A DNA stretch of 63,021 nucleotides, the filler included, from Sphacelaria rigidula (lineage: Eukaryota): the NCBI GenBank assembly GCA_964200075.2. It is 11 parts of 11 records of this genome, joined end to end, with 100 filler letters (N's around TTAATTAATTAA, not from the genome) between each part and the next. Parts side by side here need not be neighbours in the genome. Positions count along the whole stretch, not along the records: positions 51,646 to 57,283 come from CAXNAA020025666.1; positions 57,384 to 63,021 come from CAXNAA020025667.1; 9 more parts are not named here. One strand, given 5' to 3'. Positions 53,014-63,021 of the stretch are shown one piece after another (the stretch's first letter is position 1; each line of letters opens with the position of its first letter). The position numbers and the translations under genes are program-made. The notes below the pieces were generated by a model, which worked only from the letters and a program-made list of their open reading frames with translations, was not told where the DNA came from and did no database searches.

Positions 53014-53391
53014 GACTTATTTTTGCTAGTTACGTGGGACACATCGACATAGTACTACAACACACGCGTCTGCGTACCTAGAGCGGTTTTCCTAGCCATT
53101 TTTCCCCCCGAGCTATGCTATTGACAGTCTTTGTGGTTTCATGTTGTGTTCTGTGGTACAGTTGACCTGAACTCACTGTTACAATGCCACAAACACTTGC
53201 GAAGAACAGCACCAGTACGAGCGGTCCTGGAATGCTCGCCCCGGGAATTTTCGGGAAAACTCCAGCAGGGTGCACTGCAGGCCGCGGACAGTACGGTACC
53301 GCACGGCGCAGCGGGCATCTGCGCGCCTAGAGTGATCCTTTTAGCTATATATTTTCATATGATTTATACAAGATGAATCACGTGATTCATG

Positions 53392-53660
53392 TACCTGTTT
53401 TCCACCTTGCGTTCGTGAGCCTGAATCATAGATACATGTTTCCCACCTTCCATTCATAAGAGGTGAATCAACCGTACATGTATCCCCCGTTTCATCCATG
53501 CAGCATGACTCATGAGCACACGTTCTCCACCTTCCACTTATACGAGATAAATCAACTGTACATGTTCCCCAATTTCCGCCCATGCAGCATAAATCATACG
53601 TACATGTTCCCCACCTTCCATTCATACGAGACGGATCAAGTGTACACGCTTCCTACCCAA
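53392..53660. repeat. Degenerate 42-bp tandem repeat with A/B alternation (84-bp higher order)
   Basis: TACATG/CACACG/TACACG anchors at 53433, 53475, 53517, 53559, 53601 and 53643. Confidence 0.8.
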
Positions 53661-54315
53661 ATCCATACAGTAATCACGACTCGTACATATTTTGCACTCT
53701 TGATGTGTCTGATACTACTTGAGGCGTACACATTCCCAGTTCGTGATTCGTGGAGTATGACCTTGAACGTATAACTTCACCATCCATATTTCATACCGGA
53801 TGACTCTTTCGTTCATGATTCGCACCCAGCTTTCATGGGGAGTGAACCCGTATGAAGTCTACTTCGTTCGAACCGTGGACGATTACGTGAATCCCTTTAC
53901 TTCGACACGAACTGCAGCGGAAAACCCGATTTACGACCATCTGACACAATGCAGTTTTCTTGGCCGGCCCAGCTTGTAGAGTTATTCACGTCTCACATCA
54001 TTACCTACCCAGGACCATAGAAGCAACCCAGCCATGTGAACCGCGGCGCCCATGCGGTCGCGGACAGTTATTCTGTAGGAACAATGTCAACACCTTGCGT
54101 CAGTAAAATGGATTTCACGTATGGCAGAGCAGGACCTTGTTCATCGGTATATCGAGATTGAGTTTCTGACCGTCCCATCAAGGGTGACGACAGAGATAAT
54201 ACTCACGGTAGACGACAGCAAGAATTTCAATGGTACAAACAACATCACCACCACCACCACACAAACAAACGCCTCGAGTCAAGAAGAACGCTACGAGAAA
54301 ACAAAATACTTAAGT

Positions 54316-54682
54316 ATGTGTGCTGTCGTCCCATCTATTTTCTGGACGCTGGTCTACATCTTTTGGGGTATGTGGGCGCACAAGCCGGGGTCACACAGGA
54401 GGAAGGCCAAGACGGGATTTTTTTTTTCCATTGTGTTTGTTTTAGTTCTTCACCTTCCTTCTGCGGTGCTTGCATTTTACAACGTATTTTTTATCGCGAG
54501 AGGGGTTCAGCAGTTCCTTTCCTTCGTCGACCATGACGTCGAGTTTTGTGTACCCACGACACAGTCGCTCTCCACTGTTGAGAATTGTGTGAGGAAAAAT
54601 CGCAGATCACTTCGACATTCGAACCCACGACCCAACCATCAAAAGGTTTCGAGGTTACTACCTGAGCGACCGAGGCGACCGG
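54316..54682 (-). mobile_element. tRNA-derived SINE family 1, full length
   Basis: Reverse-complement match to 33310-33678, including A and B boxes. Confidence 0.85.
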
Positions 54683-54738
54683 ACATGAAAAAACAGGAAC
54701 ACTTCACACGCAAACGACATTCCCCTCTAGTCTCTCGC

Positions 54739-55278
54739 CTGATTTCGCGCTCATCCGCGTCCATGTTGATGGCGTTTATCATCTGCTTCGTCAGCTCCGT
54801 AGTGTTCCAAGGGTTGATTAGAACGGCACCACCGATAGACCTGCTCGGCGAAGAACCCACGACCAAACAGTCCACGCAGAAGCAGCAGTTATTATTTAGA
54901 AGCACTAGGCAATCCAACAATAATGACAGTGATGACGATAATGCTGCGAGTGTCGGACAAATCATCGCTGGTTCGAATCACGACATCTATCATTTTCCGT
55001 CTTGATTGCTCGAAATAGAGGACCAAAAAGTCGACCGCTAGCCCAAACAGTCTATACGCCAATATCTGCGCTATTACACGTGACTGTGCCTGGGGTGCGC
55101 GTGTCTATGATGCAGCAAACGAAGCACAAGGACTAATTTGTACGATACGAATCAATCACACCAAAAGCGAGTAATTTTCGGACGAATCACTATTTGTCCG
55201 ACACTTGTAATAATGACAATGATAAATAATGGGAATTATCAAGTGACCGTGAGTTTCTGCCTATGATAGCGATAGGTG

Positions 55279-55343
<65 letters not shown>

Positions 55344-56102
55344 TAATGATAATAAAGCACGGTTCGGATTAATCATCGCCGGTTCGAATCACGAAATCCA
55401 CGATTTCTTACACCTGATTGCTCAAAAGAGAGAAAAAAAGCCGAGGTCTCCATGTAACTTTTGCGCCACTCCAAGTGCCTGGGCTGCGCGTACCTGGATT
55501 GCAACGCTGAAAACAAAGCTCAAGGATTGATTCGTACCGTACGAATCGATTACACCAAAATCAAGTAATTTCCGGACGAATCGTTGGTTCGCCCGACCCA
55601 TGTAATAATGATAACGACAACGATGATGATAACAGCGATATTGTAACGACAATAACACTGATCTTGATATTCATGGTGGAAATAATGGTGCCGCAATAAA
55701 TGCACAAACTGCGCCACATCCGAAATGCCTCATGGAAGCCCTAATTTTGGCGAAGGGCGTACTCTGTATCACACCCGGGACAAAAGATTACATCGTCAAA
55801 AAATTACTGTGTGCACTATGAAACATTTTGTCTATTAAAATAGGCGCAACAGTCAATACCGTACGCAGCACACGTTTTGACAACGTCATCTATTTGTCAT
55901 CATTCAGGGTGTGCTCTCCATCACCATTATCCAAGCAATGGATCACCCACCTTGCGCATCCCGCGAACTCGCTCAGGACGACGGTGGCGGGCAGTCCCCG
56001 AGACTCCCTGGACACCACGTACTCGAAGGGTACGATGTTCATGCCGTCTCGGATAGGAGTAATCACCAACACGTCGGCGATAGTGTATAGTGCGCTCAGC
56101 TC
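54739..56102 (-). CDS. TPS: Two exons of trehalose-6-phosphate synthase (GT20)
   Basis: Exons 56102-55951 (ELSALYTIADVLVITPIRDGMNIVPFEYVV..VVLSEFAGCA) and 54840-54739 (SIGGAVLINPWN..MDADEREI), with the RDGMN and SEFAG motifs. Confidence 0.92.
54947..55602 (+). mobile_element. Two hAT-type MITE copies (54947-55207, 55358-55602) flanking an (ATA)n tract in a TPS intron
   Basis: Ends resemble CA.GGTCGGACAAAT. Imperfect 8-bp TSDs TAATGCTG/TAATAATG and TAATAAAG/TAATAATG. Confidence 0.8.
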
Positions 56103-59100
56103 CTACGTGTGCATACGATGCCAGCAAAGCGTGGACGACGCAGTGGTAGTAGCAATGGAATGGCGCGAGGGTCAGAGAGTAAACAGGGCACGTCACGCAG
56201 CGGAAGCGGTAACAATTTTTAGAGGGCCGGAATTTCAACAAGAAGAAATGAAAAAAACACACCGAAAGAAGTAGTAATACAAAACACACACACCACATAC
56301 GACAAAGAAAAAGTGAGAATGGGGGGGGGGGGGGGGGGGGAAGGAACAAATAATCACTCACGGCAGCAAAGGGTGGAATGGCGAGGAAGAGAAAGATAAG
56401 CAGATAAAATTAGTAGTAAATATTATTATTATCAACAGTAAAGCAGACACATCACACGCGCAAAACAGCCGAGGATGCAACAGCCCACCCAGATTCTGTG
56501 TGAGAGCACGTTTCCGTTCTCGTGTGCGTGTCCGTATGAGTTTGTGTGTGTGTCATTATTGTAACCCCCCTCCTTTGTCCCCCATCTTCGAGACGAGTCT
56601 ATCCTCGCAAGGGATCAATCAACCCACCTGTCCCCTGGTGCATTTTTTGCAGTATATACGACACAAGTGATTACTGTTTTCCCAGGGGGGAGGAGAAGAG
56701 GAGAGAAACGAACAATCGAACGACACAAAAATACGTGGGGGAAAATAACAAACAAGACACACATCAACACATGCGCAATAACTTCAAAGGCGCCGGGTCG
56801 CGAAGCGAAAGAGAGCAGCGAGCAAAAGTCAAAGACGACGGAAAAAAATATATAACGGCGCAGATCAAAAGACTGGATGAGGATCCGGTGCACAGCAGTG
56901 GGCCCACTTGGATCAAGCCCTCGAGCACCACACCCCACTCCGATGGACCCGAGGTGGATCACAGTAAACATGCGGAACGGAAACGCTTGCGCTGCAGACG
57001 CAATACACATGAGTCAGGGCTTGTAGAGAGCAGTGGGCAATACTGTACGTTATTGTTGTCGTGGGAAACAGTGCTCTCAGAAACAGGCGCTCCTCAGCTA
57101 CAGCGCCCGAGTTACCGGCGATCAAGGTTCACAGGCGACATGCTACGAAAAAGCGGCCTGGCTGGGGAGAAGCGAACGCCGGAGGCCATTCGATCAACGG
57201 AATTTACTCTTATTTATTATTATTAATATATCCGTCACATTGACTCCATCTCTCGAACCCGTGGTCACAGAGTGCAAGGAGCANNNNNNNNNNNNNNNNN
57301 NNNNNNNNNNNNNNNNNNNNNNNNNNNTTAATTAATTAANNNNNNNNNNNNNNNNNNNNNNNNNNNNNNNNNNNNNNNNNNNNTCGCGATCGACGGACCG
57401 GTAGAGTGCGGGGGTGATGTTGATGGCGGAGAGGGGGGGGGGAGGGGGGGGGGGAAGGAATATAGAGAAGAGAATAAAATTTAAAAAAGAGAGAGAGAAC
57501 AAACTCGGAACGTGAACCATCACGACCGCAGGGGCCTGTAGCAGCATGTATCAAAACCATCTACTCAAAACTGACTAGCAAGAAACGAGAGCGAAACAAG
57601 AACAAAAACAATAAAACGAACTGGAAAATCTCAACAAGGCAGTGATGATACCTCCTCGGTTTCCGTTTCCTACTTTCTGTTCCTCGCGCAGATTCACGAT
57701 GACCAGTCAAATCTCGACGGGGCGCCTACGAACGACAACGCTCGACAAAAATATTACACACTTTTCCCCGCCACCATGCATGATCATGAGTACACCCCCC
57801 CCCCCTGCAAAAAACAACACTTTTGTGTATGTACTCTCTAGCAGCGAATACCAATGCAGCTGCCGGGACGAGTGAACAAGCGGGTGGCTTATGGTATTAC
57901 AAAAAAAAACTCTCGATATGATGGACTTGCCGCCGCCAGTGCTGTTGCTGTTGCTGCTGCAGGGGAGGATGAGTCCATCCACACAAGGCATACACCGCGG
58001 TGCTGGAGCGTTTACCCTTCACGACGGGGCGGATAGACACTGTGCGGGTCGGAACGATGCGTTGCACGCAGACAAAAGCACAACACAAGAAGCACGCACG
58101 CGCTCACCTACCCACGCACGCACAGCACCGCAACGCACGGGTAAAGAGATGTATGTAGGGAGAGAGACAGCGCTCGACAACTTTTCTGGCACAATGCATC
58201 GATGCATTTGCACCAAAGAATTTCCACACACACACTGATTACTAAATACACGTGGAAACTCTCCACCAAGAAAAAATGACATCCTTGACGAGACGATCTG
58301 AAAAAGAGCACGCACAACGGTATCAGACAGGATCACCGGCGATACCCGGATGCCGACGAGCTGTACACGACCGCTCACCAACAACGACCACACACAACAC
58401 CACTAACCACCAACCACAACCTGTGAGATTCCAAGACATTACACTACTCATCATCAAGGGACAGTCGACGCTCCACATTCTCATCTACAAGCGGAGGAAG
58501 GAGAGCCGACCACCACCACACCATGCAAGAGAAACACCCCCGAAGCAAGCAAAGAAAGAAAGAAAGAAAAAAAAACAAGGAAAAAAAAATCAAGCACACA
58601 CACACACAACGCGACAAAATACTACTTACATAACAAGCTCTCCGCTAATATCATATCTTCGACACGAAAGGCGTGAGAGACGATTTCGGCAACGAAGGGT
58701 GGAGAAGGGAAAGGGGAAGCAAGAAGGAAAAGAAAAAAAAGTTCTGAACGGAATGTTGCGGGATGTTTTAGTGGATGAAGTGACGGGATGTCAACGGGGG
58801 CAGCGAGCCGAGAGTGTCGTTACGGGAGCGCTATGCTCGACCGCGCCACGCAAAACGTGTGCCGTGGGGAAAGAAAATACCTGCTCCCTCCCCGTCCTCC
58901 ATCGCACACAAGGTACTGAAGTCCCCAGGGACAAAACGTGTTCAATCTAGATTTTTCAGCTACTGTGCCGCACTATATTATGTATACGACCATCCCTATT
59001 TCAATGGGCTACCCCGCATGCAACTAAAATTCATCGGCCGAGGAGAAGCCCGACGACCGTTCCGGAACAACATTCCAATAACCGATTACAGGATTCTTCT

Positions 59101-59834
59101 CCCCTGAATCTTTCACGTATCTATTTATCAGCGGATTCCGATTCGCCCCCCCTGGAGCTTACAAGTGTGACTGTCTCTGTGTCGAGCATTTGTCCCGACG
59201 GCGGTAAATCCACACGTCGATACCGCCTCAACGCCACACGCACGAACGTCGGACCCATCATGACGACCCACTGCTTTGGTTGCTCCACATAGCCTTGTGG
59301 ACGCTCCGCCTCAACGCCCACCTCCCCGACACCGGGACGCGAACCAAAACCCGTGTGTTCATACATCTAGAATACACCGCGATTGATTCGTATTTTTACG
59401 CGGTAATGAACAGGGCAAAGAAGAGGCGCGTGAGCACAACAGAAATAACCGCGCGCGACAACAGGTGGAAGTATACGTACGAATATGCATGTATGCACGT
59501 ATGTATGTATGTATGTATGTATGTATGTATATGTGTATGTATGTATGAATGTATATATGTATGTATATGTATATGTGCTGGGTCGCATAAGGTACCGTAG
59601 TATCATCTCGCCCCCTAAAAACATACGCGACGCCTGTATTTTTTTTCACAACACGAAACACACCCACCCCAAACGCAAGCTCCCGAAGCGACGCACCCAA
59701 ACAGACGGCGAGACGAAAAATTACGTCTACACAGGACGGCACCATCCTAACCCTCGCTCCCTCGCCCAGCTCACTTCTCTCTCGATGACCCCTGACCAAC
59801 GCTGTCTAATAATAGTCACGACGCACGAAACCAA

Positions 59835-62800
59835 TCAGCGCCCGCTCGCCCTCTCATCAACTCTCGTCGACGCACCTCCAGTCGCACTCGCAACGATAAC
59901 ACCCCCATGCCCGCCGCCCTCCACCGCACGGAGATCGGTACCCGCGTCACCGTTGGGGAACCCCTGTTCTCCGCCGTCGCGGAAAATATCGGCGGCACCC
60001 CAGCCAGGCGCCATCAAGGCAGAGGATACCGATATCTCAGTCGCACACGGAGATGAGCCCATCATTTCGGCGTCCACCAGATCGGAGAAGTCGCACTTCG
60101 ATGCACCTCGTGATCCGATCACACCGTTGCCGGCATCCGCCAGCAATTCGTTTCGCCGACCGACATCAGGCGTCACCGCCGCTGCAAAAGCAGCCGCCGC
60201 TGCCGCCGCCGCCGCCGCCGCATCAGCATTCCCCTCGCATCCGGGGGCGCCGACGCAGCCGTCCGGCCCCGAGCTCGGTCGCATTTTCGCGATAAAGGAC
60301 AACTGTTTCTTCGTGTCCAGCAAGTGCGGCAGGTCATGTCGCCCCCGCCCCCCCCCGTCCCCGCCCCCGGTCCCTGACTTTCCTCCTCGTGATGATCCTT
60401 CTCCTGTAGGGTCGCCGCCGCAAAGGCCACCCCCACCGCCTCCCTCGGTGCCCATTTTTCCCTCCCGTCGCGTCCGCCTGGAGGACTTGAATCGTCCCCT
60501 CTGAACACGGCTCCACAGCCTCCCTACGACACCAGTCGTCGCCGCACCACTTTTGCCGCTGTTACATCTGCCGGGTGAGCTGCCTCCGCTTCCCGAAGAT
60601 CCTGAACGGTTCGGCCGCCCGCGGCGCGGATCTCCTTCGGCGCTGCCGCGGTTCTTACTTGGTGTCGTGCCATGGCCGCTGGACGGCGAACTTTCGTTGT
60701 TTTTGTTGTTTCTGTTGCTGTTGCTACAATTTCGGTCGTCCCCATGAGGGCTGCGATGATGCCAACGTGCGAGGCGCTTCGTAGTCCGTGCCGTCCGCTC
60801 CGAGCGACAGGAAGCGGCGGGCGTCGCCGGCTTCGCCCTCGTATTTTTCTTGTCGAGAAGTACGCTTGGTCGTGCCAGCTTGGCCTTCGTTTTCCTTACG
60901 GTCGACGCCGGCAGTTCATTGTCGTCACCCGCGGCGATACCTGTAGAGGAAGAAAAGACGCTATCACCGCCGTCGCCGGAAGCGGCAGCTCGTTTTAGCG
61001 CGGGTGACAGCGAGTTCGCCACCGAGGAGGATACCGAGGAGTGCTCGATCGAGTGGTCCGAAGCGTAGGCGGACTCGCCTTCGTGCTCGGCGTTGGCGGA
61101 CGACAACATCGACCGCAGCTCGGCCACCGTCACCTGCAGCACGGAGGCGAGGTGCGTCACGTCCAGCTCTTGGAGCGGCGACGGTGCTTGTTGCGGACAA
61201 CGGCCGCCCGCCACCACCGCCGCACCCGATTGTAAGTCGACGGCGTCGGTGACGCCACAGTAGCAAAACGGACTCCCCCGACTCCTCCTCCTCCGCCTTC
61301 CTCGTGCGGCAACGATTCGTCTGACCACCTCCTCCGGACGGTCGGCCACGGCGGCACCGGCGCCGGCGGCAGGCCGCTTACTTCGAAGCCGCTCGAGAGG
61401 GTCTCGGTACGCATGACCCCCATCGACCACCGCGCCGGCATCTCTCCCCTCCTCCGCCGCTTCACGTCCAACCCTACCCCCCCCTCCCTCCAACCCACTA
61501 TCCGTGTCACCCCAACAATTCGACCCACACCCTGCTACGCCGTTCGCCCCAACCCTGTATGCCTGGCCCACCTCAACCCCGCATGATGCCCCGCCGCCGC
61601 TGTTGCCGCTGCTGCTGTTACCGTCAGCGCCAAGCACGAACGGATGTTGAAGCATTTGCTCCACGGTGGGTCTGTCCTCAGGCTGTGCGACCAAGACATC
61701 CTTCAAGAAATCCATGAGCACAGTGGACAGGAGGGCCGCACCCGGGTGGGCCTTGACGCTTTCAAACGCCTTCTCGGCGTGATCCAACGCATCGAACTCG
61801 CTCGCACAGTGTGGCACCGGATTCTCCCCAAGAGCCGCAGTCGCCACGCTCAGCCCCGCCGACCACAAATCGGAGCTCGGAGAGCACTGCTTCGCCCACA
61901 GCCGTTCCGGACTCATGAACCGAATCGTACCGTGCATGCGATGCGCGGCGTCTCCGTCTCCCTCCCCCACGGTGCTCCCGAAATCCGCCAGCTTGGCGCC
62001 ACCGGACACCTTGTCCAGCAAGATGTTGCTCGGCTTCACGTCGCGGTGAATACATCTCCGCGCGTGGAGATGTCGCAGCGCCTCGAGCGTATCCCGGCAC
62101 ACGCGAGCGAGCCATGCCTCCGGCGGCGGCGGCGGCAACACGACCGCCTCAGACGACGAGTGCAGTCCCGCGCTCGACAAGAACGCGGCAGATTTCGAAG
62201 AGGAGGAAATCGATCGCCACGATATTCGCTCCCGCTTCTCGCCATTATATCCGTTGCCGCTCGCATCCCCTGTAACGACACCGGAACCGTTCCTCATCTT
62301 CTCGCCGACGCCCGTAGAATCAACGGCGGCGACGGCGGCGGCGACGGCGGCGACGGTGGCGTCAAGAGCACCTTGGTCTATCCACCTGCCTAGATCGCCG
62401 CCCAGCACATGCTCCTCCACAATACAAACGCGCGTGATGTCGTCTGTGTTGCTCTCCGACAAAAACGAGCCGAAGTACCGCGGAATGTAAGGGCAGAAGT
62501 CTGGATTCCGCCTGCGCGGAGAGTAAGCCTGTTTTTCCCCCTTCCGCTGTTGCTGCCGCCGCTCACTCACCTTTCCCTTTCCCCTTCCCTTCCGGTCCAC
62601 CCTATCTTCACCGATATTACTGCTACTGTTGTTGCTGCTGCTAGTGCTGCTCGTACTAGTCGCCCGTCTGAGCTCGAAATTCGTGACGCCGGCGTAACCC
62701 CACGACTGGTCGATGCCGTCGCCGGAGACTCCCGGCAGCGGTTGTAACTGCGAATGTAAAATTCGCAACTCGTGCTCCAGAACAGCGGTCTGCTTGGAGT

Positions 62801-62878
62801 CGCAAACGACCATCTCCTTAATCGCAACCACCTGGAGTGTGTCCACGTCCACGGCCTCCCACACTGTGCTTGTCGACC
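59835..62878 (-). CDS. STE7/MAP2K-like Ser/Thr kinase with a long low-complexity C-terminus; one ~3 kb exon, 5' exon(s) probably outside the contig
   Basis: 1048-aa ORF (59835-62981) with GSTSTV, VAIK, E (alphaC), HRDVKPSNILL, DFG, GT..FMSPER, DLWSAGL and RPT..QML.HPF. A likely acceptor CAG lies at 62881-62879. Confidence 0.88.
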
Positions 62879-63021
62879 CTGTTTCATATGCGCGCGTGTT
62901 CATGTTCGAGACAGGGTAGTACCGAGGGAGTAAAGTGGGGGGGGGGGGGGGGGGGGCAAGTTCGTTTACTGGTGCATTCACTTCATGAAGATCTTGAGCC
63001 CTAGACCGCGGGGGGAGTCCC

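Larger units (their letters stand above)
5640..57383. other. Ten artificial contig-joining spacers (44N-TTAATTAATTAA-44N); span covers first to last spacer
   Basis: Identical 100-bp spacers at 5640-5739, 11379-11478, 17118-17217, 22856-22955, 28594-28693, 34332-34431, 40070-40169, 45808-45907, 51546-51645 and 57284-57383. Contig lengths are 5639 three times, then 5638 eight times. TTAATTAATTAA gives stops in all six frames. Confidence 0.97.

Noticed and set aside
54121..55005. 294-aa ORF (also 51598-52350 and 56546-57226)
   Set aside because: They run through SINE, intronic or antisense TPS sequence and show no protein motifs.
59485..60504. 339-aa plus-strand ORF and other ORFs overlapping the kinase
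   Set aside because: They are GC-rich antisense shadows of the kinase exon plus microsatellite sequence.

Overview
This is eukaryotic DNA, most likely from a brown alga (Phaeophyceae, Ectocarpus-like). That assignment is inferred from short exons in long GT-AG introns, TTAGGG motifs, poly-C/G tracts and the gene content. The window is NOT one locus. It is 11 contigs of 5639/5638 bp, apparently sorted by length and joined by ten identical 100-bp spacers (44 N + TTAATTAATTAA + 44 N), so no synteny can be inferred across spacers. Host gene pieces: five exons of an SMP-30/gluconolactonase-like beta-propeller, two exons of a hypothetical protein, one CDK-like kinase exon, one PRPF3 exon, five exons of a Calx-beta + LamG/pentraxin + laminin-IV-like extracellular protein, two trehalose-6-phosphate synthase exons, and a ~3 kb exon of a MAP2K-like kinase. 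The rest is mostly mobile DNA: a decayed Ty3/Gypsy LTR element, an RTE-like LINE, two tRNA-derived SINE families, hAT- and Tc1/mariner-type MITEs, possible MULE relics and several unclassified repeat families. The best candidates for something undescribed are (i) ACAACA-bounded element ends with 18-bp-phased TGAGGTT motifs, two of which cut Gypsy integrase at the D35E core, (ii) a ~105-bp repeat with a fixed hairpin 3' end running into poly-C, and (iii) TGT...ACA MITEs carrying internal telomeric repeats. I found no CRISPR array or prokaryotic-type system. All family assignments come from motif recognition, not database searches.
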